Of a stretch of 64,000 bases of DNA, positions 22,836 to 33,257 are shown in pieces (the first letter of the stretch is position 1; every line of letters begins with the position of its first letter). A program made the position numbers and the translations under genes. Under the pieces are notes generated by a model, which worked only from the letters and a program-made list of their open reading frames with translations, was not told where the DNA came from and did no database searches. The stretch is from Candidatus Binatia bacterium (lineage in GTDB: Bacteria; Desulfobacterota; Binatia; HRBIN30): NCBI GenBank assembly GCA_050015455.1, contig JBEKBJ010000009.1:8508-72507 (forward strand). The letters run 5' to 3'.

Positions 22836-23100
22836 CGCGCGCCCCGTGCCGCGGCGCTAGAGTTCCTGGCTTTTACCTTGTCAATGGCATAGAAGGGTGT
22901 CCTCGTTTCCAACGGCCCGAACGGCCATGACCTGCGAACCACGGTGGAGACGCCGCCATTCGACCACACGGAAGAGTCGACGGTCCCGGCGTCGCTTCCC
23001 AGGGTCGCGCTGTTGCGATGGGAGGAGGAACGATGACGCACACGCGTAGGTGTCTGACGGGCGAAGAGAGTAACCCCGGAAGGTGGCGGGTGGCACTCGC
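22836..23100 (+). repeat. Copy 1 of ~260-bp duplicated upstream region plus 5' coding end
   Basis: Near-identical to 29316-29568 (tagagttcctggcttttaccttgtcaa..ggccatgacctgcgaaccacggtggagacgcc..atgacgcacacgcg). Confidence 0.92.
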
Positions 23101-26065
23101 AGCGCTGGTTGCATTGCCGATTTGCACGGCGGCCATGGGCGTTGCTGACACCGCAAGCCTCAACATCAGCCCGTGCGTCGTGGGCACCGGCACGGGGGCG
23201 AGCTGCACCGAGACCGCGCTGAATGCCTGCCTCCCAGGCGGCGGGAGTTTCGACGGCACCGTGACCTTCAACTGCGGTGGCGCCGCCACGATTACTGTCA
23301 CCAGCACCAAGAACATTAGCGCCGATACCACCATTGATGGCGGGAGTCTGATCACGATCAGCGGCGACAGCGGCGGCGGCATCTACAACTCCTCGGGCAC
23401 GGTCACCGTCACCAACACTATCGTTGCCAATAGCACCTCGGGCGGCAATTGCGGCGGCAGCGTTCCTGTCACTGATGGCGGCCACAACATCGACGACGGC
23501 CCGACGTGCGGTTTCACGGGCACAGGCTGTACCGCCACGACCGGCACCTCGTTCTGTAACACCAACCCTGTTCTCGACCCCACCGGGTTCCAGAACAACG
23601 GCGGGCCGACGCAAACCATCGCGCTCCAGGCGGGCAGCCCGGCGTTCAACGCTGGCAATGAGTCCGTGTGCGCGGCACCGCCCGTGAACAGCCTCGACCA
23701 ACGCGGCTACGTCCGGCCCGGTACGGGCGCAACAAGCTGCTCCATCGGCGCGTACGAGTACAACTCTGGAATCTCATGCGGCTCGGGCGCGTGTGTATTT
23801 CCCCAGGTGTGTGTTGTTGGTCAGTGCGCCACCCCGGCACCGACTCAGACGCCGACGAGTATGCCGACGCAAACGGCAACCAATACCCCGGTGGTGACCA
23901 ACACTCCGGTGGTGCCGACTGCCACCCCGGTAGCCACCAACACCCCGCAGACCGGCTCGACCAACACGCCGACCACGTGCGGCAGTGCCACCAACTACAC
24001 CGTTGGAACCAATCCGCATGGCGTGGCCGTGGGCGACTTCAACGGCGACAAAAAACTCGACCTCGCCGTGACAAACGAGGGCTCCAACAACGTCTCCATC
24101 CTGCTCGGCAACGGCGACGGCACCTTCGGGACGGCCACCAACTACAACGTTGGAACCGATCCGCATGGCGTGGCCGTGCGCGACTTCAACGGCGACGGGA
24201 AACTCGACCTCGCCGCGGCCAACAACGGCTCCAACAACGTCTCCATCCTGCTCGGCAACGGCGACGGCACCTTCGGGACGGCCACCAACTACAGCGTTGG
24301 AACCAATCCGAATGGCGTGGCCGTGCGCGACTTCAACGGCGACGGGAAGCTCGACCTCGCCGTGACAAACAACGGCTCCAACAACGTCTCCATCCTGCTC
24401 GGCAACGGCGATGGCACCTTCGGGACGGCCACCAACTACAACGTTGGAACCAATCCGCATGGCGTGGCCGTGGGCGACTTCAACGGCGACGGGAAGCTCG
24501 ACCTCGCCGCGGTAAACAACGGCTCCAACAACGTCTCCATCCTGCTCGGCAACGGCGACGGCACCTTCGGGACAGCCACCAACTACAACGTTGGAACCAA
24601 TCCGCATGGCGTGGCCGTGGGCGACTTCAACGGCGACGGGAAGCTCGACCTCGCCACGGCAAACAACGGCTCCAACAACGTCTCCATCCTGCTCGGCAAC
24701 GGCGACGGCACCTTCGGGACGGCCACCAACTACAACGTTGGAACCAGTCCGTTCAGCGTGGCCGTGGGCGACTTCAACGGCGACGGGAAGCTCGACCTCG
24801 CCGCGGCAAACAACGGCTCCAACAACATCTCCATCCTGCTCGGCAACGGCGACGGCACCTTCGGGACGGCCACCAACTACAACGTTGGAACCAATCCGCG
24901 TGGCGTGGCCGTGGGCGACTTCAACGGCGACGGGAGGCCCGACATCGCCGTGGCAAACAACGGCTCCAACAACGTCTCCGTGGGGCTCAATTTGGTCTGT
25001 ACTACGGCAACCCCGACGTTTCCCACCAGCTCGCCGACCAACACGCCTACCAACACCACGGCGCCCACGGTTACGCCGACGTTGGCAAGTACGCCCACTC
25101 AGACTCCGACGCCAACGAACACGCCGAGCGCGACGCCGACACAGACGCTAAGCGCCACCAGCCCCCCTACGTCGACGCCGGCGGTAACGGCCACCAGCGC
25201 GACCGCCACGCCAACTCAGACGCCGACGAGCATGCCGACGTCAACCGCGACCAATACCACGACGACCACACCCACCAACACGGGAACGGCTACACCGACT
25301 GGCACTCCCACAGCGACCCCCTTGCCCCTTGTCGTCAGAGGGACCTGCATGGAACCTAGCTCACAGGGCCTCGCCCCCTGCACTGCCGGCACGGTGGTTA
25401 CTGCCTACCTGTGCACGGACCCAAGCTGCGCGGCGTCGACGCTGATCACACTCGAAGTGACTCAAACGGATGCGAATGGACAGTTCGTCTTCGTTCTCAG
25501 CCGCGGGCAGGTCGCGGGCAAGCGGCTGGTCTTTGACGCCACCATCGTACAGGCCGGAGGTGCCCTGACAACCAGGGGCCGCGCGGCCAGCGACACCACC
25601 GTCGATCTACAAACCATCGATTTCGGTCCCATTGGAGCGGCGACGAATTTGAGTGAGCTGATCGATCTGACATCGGAGGCCGCGGTGCAGCTGGTGGACG
25701 ACAACGGGGGGGCGCAGCACTACAGCGATCAGGGCATCAAGGATATCATCCAAGCCGTGCGAACAGCCGACAGCGGCATCAACTTCGCTGGCTTGACCGC
25801 GGCCGCCGCGGTTACCCTGGCGACCGAGACGGCAGGCAACGATCCCGCGGTACAAGCCGCGCTGCAGATGAAGTTGTGCACCGGCGATTGCAACGGCGAC
25901 GGCACGGTGACGGTTGATGAGATTCTCACCATGGTGAACATCGCCCTCGGCATTGAGGATGTCTCCACCTGCCTCCCCGGGGATGCGAACAATGACAAGA
26001 TGATTACCGTCGATGAGATCCTCACGGCCGTGAACGACGCGCTGAACGGGTGCGCGCCCTCCTGA
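23033..26065 (+). CDS. Secreted modular protein: choice-of-anchor-Q-like domain, 7 FG-GAP repeats, PT linker, C-terminal dockerin-like domain
   Basis: RBS GGAGGAGG; [26 protein letters not shown]; [12 protein letters not shown] repeats; [50 protein letters not shown]. Confidence 0.85.
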   Translation: MTHTRRCLTGEESNPGRWRVALAALVALPICTAAMGVADTASLNISPCVVGTGTGASCTETALNACLPGGGSFDGTVTFNCGGAATITVTSTKNISADTTIDGGSLITISGDSGGGIYNSSGTVTVTNTIVANSTSGGNCGGSVPVTDGGHNIDDGPTCGFTGTGCTATTGTSFCNTNPVLDPTGFQNNGGPTQTIALQAGSPAFNAGNESVCAAPPVNSLDQRGYVRPGTGATSCSIGAYEYNSGISCGSGACVFPQVCVVGQCATPAPTQTPTSMPTQTATNTPVVTNTPVVPTATPVATNTPQTGSTNTPTTCGSATNYTVGTNPHGVAVGDFNGDKKLDLAVTNEGSNNVSILLGNGDGTFGTATNYNVGTDPHGVAVRDFNGDGKLDLAAANNGSNNVSILLGNGDGTFGTATNYSVGTNPNGVAVRDFNGDGKLDLAVTNNGSNNVSILLGNGDGTFGTATNYNVGTNPHGVAVGDFNGDGKLDLAAVNNGSNNVSILLGNGDGTFGTATNYNVGTNPHGVAVGDFNGDGKLDLATANNGSNNVSILLGNGDGTFGTATNYNVGTSPFSVAVGDFNGDGKLDLAAANNGSNNISILLGNGDGTFGTATNYNVGTNPRGVAVGDFNGDGRPDIAVANNGSNNVSVGLNLVCTTATPTFPTSSPTNTPTNTTAPTVTPTLASTPTQTPTPTNTPSATPTQTLSATSPPTSTPAVTATSATATPTQTPTSMPTSTATNTTTTTPTNTGTATPTGTPTATPLPLVVRGTCMEPSSQGLAPCTAGTVVTAYLCTDPSCAASTLITLEVTQTDANGQFVFVLSRGQVAGKRLVFDATIVQAGGALTTRGRAASDTTVDLQTIDFGPIGAATNLSELIDLTSEAAVQLVDDNGGAQHYSDQGIKDIIQAVRTADSGINFAGLTAAAAVTLATETAGNDPAVQAALQMKLCTGDCNGDGTVTVDEILTMVNIALGIEDVSTCLPGDANNDKMITVDEILTAVNDALNGCAPS
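23987..24985 (+). repeat. 7 x 147-bp near-identical coding tandem repeat (FG-GAP blades)
   Basis: gccaccaactac starts at 23987, 24134, 24281, 24428, 24575, 24722 and 24869. Confidence 0.95.
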
Positions 26066-26208
26066 TTATTTTCGGTCGTCGCCTTTCACCCACAATCCCG
26101 ACCACCACCCCAGGGCCCTCGGCGACAATTACACCAGCGGCGAGCAGGTTGCATCGTACCGGCAACCTGCGCCACAATCGCCGGCCGCAAGATTGAGACG
26201 AGTGCGCA

Positions 26209-27921
26209 GTGCCTGCTGACCAGCATACCATCAACGATAGCGATCGGGTTCCCGCCGGCATTCTCTTCGGCGACATGAAGGGTTCGACCGAGGAGGCCGA
26301 GCTCGACGAGAAGTCCACAATCGTCAAGCTGCGCGAGTACGAACGCATCATCAACGAGATCGCCAATCGCTTCGGGCCGAACTTCTACAAGGTCAAGACC
26401 GAGGGCGACGGCTTCATGGCGACCTTTGCCAGCGCGCACATCATGGTGGCGTGCGGCCTCGCCGTACAGCAGGAGTTTTGCCGCCGCGGCTGGCAGGTCC
26501 GCCTGGGAGGACACTACGGCGAAGTGTTTCGCAACAAACAGGGCGACGCCTTCGGAGCCGACGTCAATCGCGCCGCCCGCATCATGTCCGCCGCGGACGC
26601 GACCTCGGGCGAGTTCCTGGTGTCGGACGCCGTGCAAGTGATCGTGCGCGACCGACTACCGGACGCGCATTTCGAGCCGCACGAACCGATCCTCGCCAAG
26701 GGCGTCGGCAGCCTGGTCGTCTTCGCGGCCGTCGCCACCGGCCAACCCTCGCGGCCACCGGTGAGCCCGCACGTGGGAGCGGCAAGCGCGAAACCCGGCA
26801 GGCTTCCGCCGCCTCCGCCGCGGCGCAATCGGCCCCGAATCGGCCCGGCCGCTGCCTTCACCGTCCTGCTGATGCTCGCCGGACTGGCTGGGGGCGTGTG
26901 GTATTGGCGCGGCATGGCACGGAAGACGCTGCCGCAGAACATCGGCGATCGCAGCGGCAAACCAACGGATGTGATGAGGCCGATCGCGGTCATGGAATTC
27001 GAGAATCAGCGTGCGGACGATTCGAAGGACGACTGGTACGCCAAGGCGCTGCAAGCCGCGTTCAACACCGAGCTGAGTAAGATCCCGACGCTGCCGGTGG
27101 TCGCTCCCGAGCTGATTCAGCAAGTCGCGAAGGAAACCAGCCTCGATCGCATGGCAGCGGCCAAGAAACTGGGGGTCACCCGGTTCGTGACCGGTTCGTT
27201 TGCGGTGGTCGGCGACTCCATCCGCATCGACGCGCGCATCGTCCAAACGACCACCGGCATCCAGGAGGCGGCGGAAAACATCGAAGGGCGTCAAGACGAG
27301 TTCTTCGCCCTGCAGAAAAGCCTTACCCTGGCCACGCTCGAACACTTTCGGGTCCGACTCACCAAGAGCGAAGCCGAGTCGTTCAAGCAAACGACCAACT
27401 CGCGTCTCGACAAGTACAAGATGCTGCTGGACGCCGAAGGCGTGACGAAGGGCAAGAGCGGCGGTGAACCGGAAACCAAGGCGTCCGATGCCCAGGCCTT
27501 TGGCAGTGCCGGGAGAGAAGTCATCGGAACCTTCGCCGCCGCGCGCGTGTGGTCGTGGGTGCTCCCAGCGCCGGCGGTCGCATTGGCGCAGGCGCCGCTG
27601 GAAGCCGCCGCGCGCGAGGTCCTTGAGGAGTATCGCCGTGCGCACGAGCGCGGCGACCTCGATCAGCTCGCGAGCCTGTATGTCAACTTCCCGGCTGCTC
27701 AGCGACAGAAAATCGATGCGTATTTGAAGGGGATCACTGACCTGCACGTGGAGCTGGCCGACGTGAAGATCCAGCCGCGGGAGCACGACATCGCCGTTTC
27801 CTATATCCGGCGCGACAAATTCGTCGACAAAGAAACGGGCGAACCCGTCACCCTCGAAGTGCGCCTCACCAAGTTCCTGGTGCAGGATGGCGCCAAGTGG
27901 AAGTTCGCCGAGGGATCGTGA
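26209..27921 (+). CDS. Class III adenylate/guanylate cyclase, TM helix, TolB-N/CsgG-like periplasmic domain, C-terminal NTF2/SnoaL-like domain
   Basis: FGDMKGST, KTEGDGFM, GDAFGADVNRAARI; TM FTVLLMLAGLAGGVWYW; IAVMEFEN..VTGSF..IRIDARIV. Confidence 0.8.
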   Translation: MPADQHTINDSDRVPAGILFGDMKGSTEEAELDEKSTIVKLREYERIINEIANRFGPNFYKVKTEGDGFMATFASAHIMVACGLAVQQEFCRRGWQVRLGGHYGEVFRNKQGDAFGADVNRAARIMSAADATSGEFLVSDAVQVIVRDRLPDAHFEPHEPILAKGVGSLVVFAAVATGQPSRPPVSPHVGAASAKPGRLPPPPPRRNRPRIGPAAAFTVLLMLAGLAGGVWYWRGMARKTLPQNIGDRSGKPTDVMRPIAVMEFENQRADDSKDDWYAKALQAAFNTELSKIPTLPVVAPELIQQVAKETSLDRMAAAKKLGVTRFVTGSFAVVGDSIRIDARIVQTTTGIQEAAENIEGRQDEFFALQKSLTLATLEHFRVRLTKSEAESFKQTTNSRLDKYKMLLDAEGVTKGKSGGEPETKASDAQAFGSAGREVIGTFAAARVWSWVLPAPAVALAQAPLEAAAREVLEEYRRAHERGDLDQLASLYVNFPAAQRQKIDAYLKGITDLHVELADVKIQPREHDIAVSYIRRDKFVDKETGEPVTLEVRLTKFLVQDGAKWKFAEGS

Positions 27922-28017
27922 GATGTCGCGTGCGTGGCGTTTGCTGAACCGACCCTTGTCATGAGCAAGGTGGCCGGCGGTCATCGGCGCGCGATAGAAG
28001 TAAGGGGGCGGGAGAAC

Positions 28018-29304
28018 ATGCCGAACCGGTGTCGAGGATACTGGCTTGTGGTATCCATGGCGGCTCTTGTCTTGTTCGGGTTGCCGCTCAGTGTAGTGCC
28101 GCGAGCCAACGCCGCCGGGAATTCCAACCAGTTCGGTGGCCAAGATCGCGCCGCGGCCGCGGCGCAGATGATCGTGCTCGGCGTCCAGCAGGGCATTTCG
28201 TCCCTGCCGCCGACCTCGGGCCAGTCGTTTGCGTACCAATTCGATCCGGCGTCGGACACCTACGTCCGCAGTGAGCAGTTGGGACCGACCTCGTTCCGCT
28301 CGCCGCAGACCGTCGGGCCCGGGAAGTTCAGCTTCCGCTTGGCGACGTCCTACTTCGAGCTCGCGGACACCAAGGCGCCGATCCCTTACCTCGTGAGTTC
28401 GCCGCCCGGCACCGCGCTCGGGGTCGGCGCTTTGGGCCTGCAGGCGGATGCGAAAGTGGCGCTCGTCAACCTCTCCGCCAACTACGGCTTTACCAACCGC
28501 GTCGAAGTGACGATGAACCTGCCGGTCGTCGTCGTCGATGCAAGCGCCAAGCAGATCTTCAGCACCAGCCAGCCCACCGGGCCGCCGCAGCAGGCGCCGT
28601 TCAGTGGAACTCCCATCGTGACGGATTCTACGGGCAAGCCAGATCTGGCGGCGAGCGTCGGGTTGCTGAACCAAGCCATTCAGGCCGGTGCCCTCCATCT
28701 GCGCAAAGAATCATTGAGTGCTCTGGGCTTCAGCTTCAACGATGGCACCCACGTCGGCGTCGGGCGCATTAGCCTAGGTGTGAAGGGTGTGCTCTACGCT
28801 GACAAGATCGTCCAGCTCGCCGCCGCTCCCGAGTTCTACTTCCCCAGTCCCAACCAGGGCGAGTTTGCGGGCTCGGACAGTGCGGCGATCCTGCCGCGCC
28901 TGGTGGCGGCGTTCAGGTTGGCCGATGCCGTCAGGTTGCACATCGACGCCGGGTACGACTACGACTTCGACAAGGACGAGCTGCGGCGGTTCGTGTGGAA
29001 TCTCGGGCCGTCGCTGGCACTGGGCCGGGCGACCGTGGATGCCGGGGTGGGGGGCTCGAAGTTCAATACCGGGATCAAATGGACCCCGACCACCGCGCCC
29101 TTTGTCGACAACTCAGGCAACCCCGGCTCGATTCGGGCGTTGGGCGACAACCGGCTGGGCAGCAACTTCATCGACGCGCTGGGCGCGGTGAAGGTGCGGC
29201 TGGGGACCAAGTCGGTGCTCAGCGGAGCCGTCAACGTCCCGTTGAACAACGAAGGCTTCCGCGCCGCCGCCGTCGGCACGCTGGCGGTCGAGCTGCATTT
29301 GTAG
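28018..29304 (+). CDS. Putative outer-membrane beta-barrel / transporter-like protein
   Basis: Signal peptide ending ANA; amphipathic beta-strand pattern; C-terminal GTLAVELHL. Confidence 0.55.
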   Translation: MPNRCRGYWLVVSMAALVLFGLPLSVVPRANAAGNSNQFGGQDRAAAAAQMIVLGVQQGISSLPPTSGQSFAYQFDPASDTYVRSEQLGPTSFRSPQTVGPGKFSFRLATSYFELADTKAPIPYLVSSPPGTALGVGALGLQADAKVALVNLSANYGFTNRVEVTMNLPVVVVDASAKQIFSTSQPTGPPQQAPFSGTPIVTDSTGKPDLAASVGLLNQAIQAGALHLRKESLSALGFSFNDGTHVGVGRISLGVKGVLYADKIVQLAAAPEFYFPSPNQGEFAGSDSAAILPRLVAAFRLADAVRLHIDAGYDYDFDKDELRRFVWNLGPSLALGRATVDAGVGGSKFNTGIKWTPTTAPFVDNSGNPGSIRALGDNRLGSNFIDALGAVKVRLGTKSVLSGAVNVPLNNEGFRAAAVGTLAVELHL

Positions 29305-29315
29305 ACCACGGCCGA

Positions 29316-29568
29316 CGCGCGCCCCGTGCCGCGGCGGTAGAGTTCCTGGCTTTTACCTTGTCAACGGCATAGAAGCGTCCTGGTTTCCGACGGCCCAAAC
29401 GGCCATGACCTGCGAACCACGGTGGAGACGCCCACACGAAAGAGTCGACGATCCCGGCGTCGCTTCCCAGGGTCGCACTGTTGCGATGGGAGGGCGAACG
29501 ATGACGCACACGCGCAGGTGTCTCACGGGTGAAGAGAGCAAACCCGGAAGGTGGCGGGTGGCGCTCGC
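29316..29568 (+). repeat. Copy 2 of duplicated upstream region plus 5' coding end
   Basis: Matches 22836-23100 with an ~11-nt deletion and scattered substitutions. Confidence 0.92.
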
Positions 29569-30927
29569 CGGTCTCGGTATGACGGGGGACGGGTTTGCTC
29601 AAGCCGACGTCAGTCTCGTCTTTGGAGACCCAACTGCTTTCCCCGTCGCCGCCACCGCGGCGCCCGAGGCAAGCGGCAGCGCGGCTTTCGATGGAACGAA
29701 CTTTCTCGTCGGCATTCAGACGCAAACTACAGTTGGCGCGCAGCTCGTGTCGCCAGCGGGTGTGACGCTCGGTCCTCTGATCACAACCAATCGCAGCGGT
29801 AATGAGCCGGTGCTCGCTTTCAATGGGACCAATTACCTGTTGGCATGGGCGACGCTCGATGCAAGTCCCTTTGCCTACGGGCAGTTGGTGAGTCCGTCGG
29901 GAACTACCGTCGGCTCCCCGTTTCAAATCAGCCAATCCAACACCGTCATCCTTACCGGAGTGCAATGGTCGTTGGGCGGCATTGCCTCGGACGGGACGAA
30001 CTACCTGGTGGTGTGGACCGATTCACGGCTTTCCCCGGACAAATATATCTACGGGCGCGTGGTTGCGGACTCCGGGAGCCCCGTCGGAAGCGACATCATG
30101 ATCAGCGAGAGCCCCGGCGCGGAAGCCCAAGTCGCCTTCGACGGCAACAACTACCTCGTCGTCTGGCACGGCGAAGACTCCAACAGCTCCTTGGTGATGG
30201 GAAGATTCATGGACCGAGCGGGGGCACTGGTTAGCGCCGAATTCGTTGTGAAAAATGGCCCGGCTCCGAGCGACAATCCCAACGCCGTCGCGTTCGGCCG
30301 AACCAACTACCTTGTGGTGTGGCCGGACGAGGTGGACTCGAGCAGCCACCAGTGGAACATTTTCGGGCAATTGGTGACGCCTTCCGGCGCCCTCACCGGA
30401 GAGGTGCTCCAGATCACCAGCGAGCCCGGGGAGCAGTTTTACCCAACCCTCGCCTTCGACGGTCGCAACTACCTGGCGACCTGGACGAACTTTACGTGCA
30501 ACGTGTCTGCGGGCGAGACGTGCGGAGATGTGCACGGCCAATACCTGAGTCAGTGCGGCACGCCGATAGGCGCTGCATTCCCATAGGCGCGGGAGCTGGC
30601 ACCCAAATGATCTCGCCGGTGGCGTTCGGTGCCGGTCAGTACCTGGTGGTGTGGAATAGTGATGCCACCATCAGCCACAGCGGGATCACCGGCGGCGATG
30701 TGTACGGGACGTTCCTCGCGCCGGTGCCACTGGCCTGCGCCGGTGACTGCGGCGGCGACGGCCAAGTCACCATCGATGACATCCTCACCATAGTGAACAT
30801 CGCGCTGGGCAACACCACCCTTTGCGCGTGCGAAGCGGGCGACGTCAATGGCGACGGCCAAATCACCGTCGATGAGATCCTGACGGCGGTGAACAACGCG
30901 CTCAACGGGTGCGTGCAAGGGCCGTGA
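29501..30927 (+). pseudogene. Frameshifted repeat protein (AFDGTNYLVVW repeats) with C-terminal dockerin-like domain
   Basis: First frame ends AAFP* at 30586; the repeat pattern (VAFGAGQYLVVW) and dockerin (CAGDCGGDGQVTIDDIL..GDVNGDGQITVDEIL) continue in another frame. One extra C in the ccc run at 30580-30582 restores FPIGAG. Confidence 0.75.
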
Positions 30928-31001
30928 GGAGTGAGGGCCTGAACACCTCACGCTGCGTGGCGGCGGCGCTCGAGCTTGCGCAGCCGTTTCTCGTGGTCCG
31001 C

Positions 31002-31544
31002 TCAGTCGCGGTCGGCGCGGGCGTAGTAGCGGCTGAACTCGGTCAAGAACGACAGCGATTCCATCGACCGCATGCGGTCAAGGAAGACCTTGCCGATCAG
31101 ATGATCGCATTCGTGCTGCACCACCCGGGCGTAGAAATCCTTGGCGACGTAATTGAGCTTGTTGCCGGCACGATCGTAAGCCTCGACGCGCACGAGCGTA
31201 TAGCGCGGCACTTTGCCGCGCAGGTCCGGAAGGCTCAGGCAACCCTCCCAGTCCTCGTCCGTGTGCTGTGACAGCGGCGTGATCTTCGGATTGATGAGCA
31301 CCGTCAGTGGAATGGTTTCCGCGTCCGGATAGCGTGGATTGCCGTCGACTTGAAAGGTCAGAATCTGCTGCGAGACATGCACCTGAGGCGCCGCCAATCC
31401 GGCACCGTCGTACTCGATCATGGTCTCGATCAAATCGTCGATGAAGCGCTGGACCTGTGGGGAGCCGATTGCTTCCGGCGGCACCGGTTCCGCCACCTTT
31501 CGCAATACGGGATTGCCCAAACGCGCAACCTTGAGAATGGCCAT
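31002..31544 (-). CDS. def: Peptide deformylase
   Basis: GAGLAAPQV, EGCLS, QHECDH. Confidence 0.95.
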   Translation of the reverse strand: MAILKVARLGNPVLRKVAEPVPPEAIGSPQVQRFIDDLIETMIEYDGAGLAAPQVHVSQQILTFQVDGNPRYPDAETIPLTVLINPKITPLSQHTDEDWEGCLSLPDLRGKVPRYTLVRVEAYDRAGNKLNYVAKDFYARVVQHECDHLIGKVFLDRMRSMESLSFLTEFSRYYARADRD

Positions 31545-31590
31545 CGGATAATCCCGTAGCGGAGCAGCAGGCAGTTTTCCAGGGTTTAGA

Positions 31591-31688
31591 GGGCAGCTTT
31601 CAGCTGTCAGCGTTCAGCTTTCAGCCAAGAGCATGGCTTACTCACCAGCTGGAGTAGGTTGCTGACAGCTGATCGCTGACGGCTGCCC
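31591..31688. repeat. Intergenic inverted repeat of 7-bp units (TCAGC / GCTGA), REP-like
   Basis: gggcagctttcagctgtcagcgttcagc ... gctgacagctgatcgctgacggctgccc. Confidence 0.7.
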
Positions 31689-33062
31689 CTACGCGTCTTC
31701 GGTCTCGCCGAAGCTGACGTCGTCCGGGGCAGCACGGCTCTCGAAGCGAGTATACTCCGAGATGAACGTCAGGGGTATCACGCCGGTCGGGCCGTTGCGT
31801 TGCTTCGCCAGGATCAGCTCCGCCTCACCTTCGTCGGCATTCTTGTCGTACACGATCGGGCGGTAGAGGAACCCGATCACGTCGGCGTCCTGCTCGATGG
31901 CGCCCGATTCGCGCAGGTCGGCCATGATCGGCCGCTTGTCGGCCCGCGTCTCGACCTGCCGGTTCAGCTGCGAGAGGGCGACGATGGGGACGTTGAGTTC
32001 CTTGGCCAGCGCCTTGAGCGAACGCGAGATGTTCGAAATCTCCTGCTCGCGGTTGTCCGCGCGCTCATGGCCGCGCATCAGCTGCAGATAGTCGACAATC
32101 ACCAGCCCGAGGTTCGCTTCACGTTCACGTTTCAAGCGCCGCGCCTTGGCGCGCAACTCGAGCGCGCTCAACCCCGGTGTGTCGTCGATGAAGATGTGCG
32201 ATTCGGAGAGCCGGCTGGCGGCCTTCGCCAGCTCCGGAAAAGCAGTGGCCGGGACGTAGCCTGTGCGCACCTTGGACTGGTCGACCCGGGCTTCGGAGCA
32301 CAGCATGCGCAACCCGAGCTGCTCCTTCGACATTTCGAGCGAGAAGAGGGCGACCCCTTGCTTGCCGGTGATGCCGACGTGCTGCGCGATGTTCAGCGCG
32401 AAGGCCGTCTTGCCCATGCTCGGCCGGCCCGCCACGATGATCAGGTCGGAGGGCTGCAGCCCGGCCGTCAACCGGTCGAGATCTTTGAAGCCGGTGGACA
32501 CACCGGTGACCAACTCCTTGCGTTCGTACATCTGCTCGATGGAACCCATGGTGCTAAGCATGATGTCGCGCAGATGAAAGAAGGCCGGCCGGATCCTGCG
32601 TTCGGAAATGGCGAAGATCTGCTGTTCCGCTTGGTCGAGGAACCCGTCGACGTCGGCGCCGGACTCGAACGCCCCGCGGGCGATCTCGGTGGCGGTATCG
32701 ATGAGGCTGCGCAGCACCGATTTCTGATGCACGATGCGGGAGTAGTAGGCGACGTTGGCAGACGTCGGTACCTTGTCTGCCAGCTCGGCGAGGTAGGCTG
32801 CGCCGCCGATCTCCTGCAACTCGCCGCGCCCCTTCAGTGCCTCGGCCAACGTGATCAGGTCTACCGGCTCGTTGCGCTGGTTGAGGTCGATCATGGCGCG
32901 CATGATCTTGCGGTGCGCTTCACGGTAGAAGTCTTCCGGCGAGAGAATCTCCAGCGCCCGGTCGAGCGAGTTGTTGTCGAGCAGCACCCCGCCCAAGACC
33001 GACTCCTCCGCTTCAATGCTCTGCGGCGGCAGTTTGCGCAAGGTTTCTTCGATGGCGTCCAT
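31689..33062 (-). CDS. dnaB: Replicative DNA helicase
   Basis: PPQSIEAEESVLG, AGRPSMGKT, FSLEMS, VDYLQLM, LSQLNR, DLRESGAIEQDAD, KQRNGPTG. Confidence 0.97.
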   Translation of the reverse strand: MDAIEETLRKLPPQSIEAEESVLGGVLLDNNSLDRALEILSPEDFYREAHRKIMRAMIDLNQRNEPVDLITLAEALKGRGELQEIGGAAYLAELADKVPTSANVAYYSRIVHQKSVLRSLIDTATEIARGAFESGADVDGFLDQAEQQIFAISERRIRPAFFHLRDIMLSTMGSIEQMYERKELVTGVSTGFKDLDRLTAGLQPSDLIIVAGRPSMGKTAFALNIAQHVGITGKQGVALFSLEMSKEQLGLRMLCSEARVDQSKVRTGYVPATAFPELAKAASRLSESHIFIDDTPGLSALELRAKARRLKREREANLGLVIVDYLQLMRGHERADNREQEISNISRSLKALAKELNVPIVALSQLNRQVETRADKRPIMADLRESGAIEQDADVIGFLYRPIVYDKNADEGEAELILAKQRNGPTGVIPLTFISEYTRFESRAAPDDVSFGETEDA

Positions 33063-33162
33063 GTGGGAGCGCAAAGATATCAAAAGCGGCGGTCACGGAG
33101 CAAATAAGTTTCTGCGATGGGCACCCAAGTTCCAACGTAGCGCAGTTGCGCAGGCACTAGAA

Positions 33163-33257
33163 CCTCTCCTCCGGCCCCTCTCCGACACGGGAAGGGGAGC
33201 GAAAAGCCGAGCCTTTCCCCCCCTTCCCTCGCAGGGAAGGGGGGCAGGGGGTTAGGT
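33163..33257. repeat. Paired REP-like palindromes
   Basis: cccctctcc-gacac-gggaagggg and cccccttccct-cgc-agggaaggggg-cagggggttagg. Confidence 0.7.

Noticed and set aside
22900-23010. Duplicated leader as a c-di-GMP riboswitch
   Set aside because: I could not find the GEMM consensus elements; kept only as an unclassified leader.
22793-23701. N-terminal 300 aa of the listed 407-aa minus-strand ORF
   Set aside because: Antisense shadow of the 23033 gene and its leader; only the MNT part has recognisable motifs.
23987-24985. Regular repeat array as possible CRISPR
   Set aside because: 147-bp in-frame coding units with no unique spacers and no cas genes.
26656-28698. 680-aa minus-strand ORF, and similar long antisense ORFs (16498, 17922, 23668, 31800, 33369, 61880)
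   Set aside because: They overlap well-supported genes, lack motifs and are expected from high-GC codon bias.
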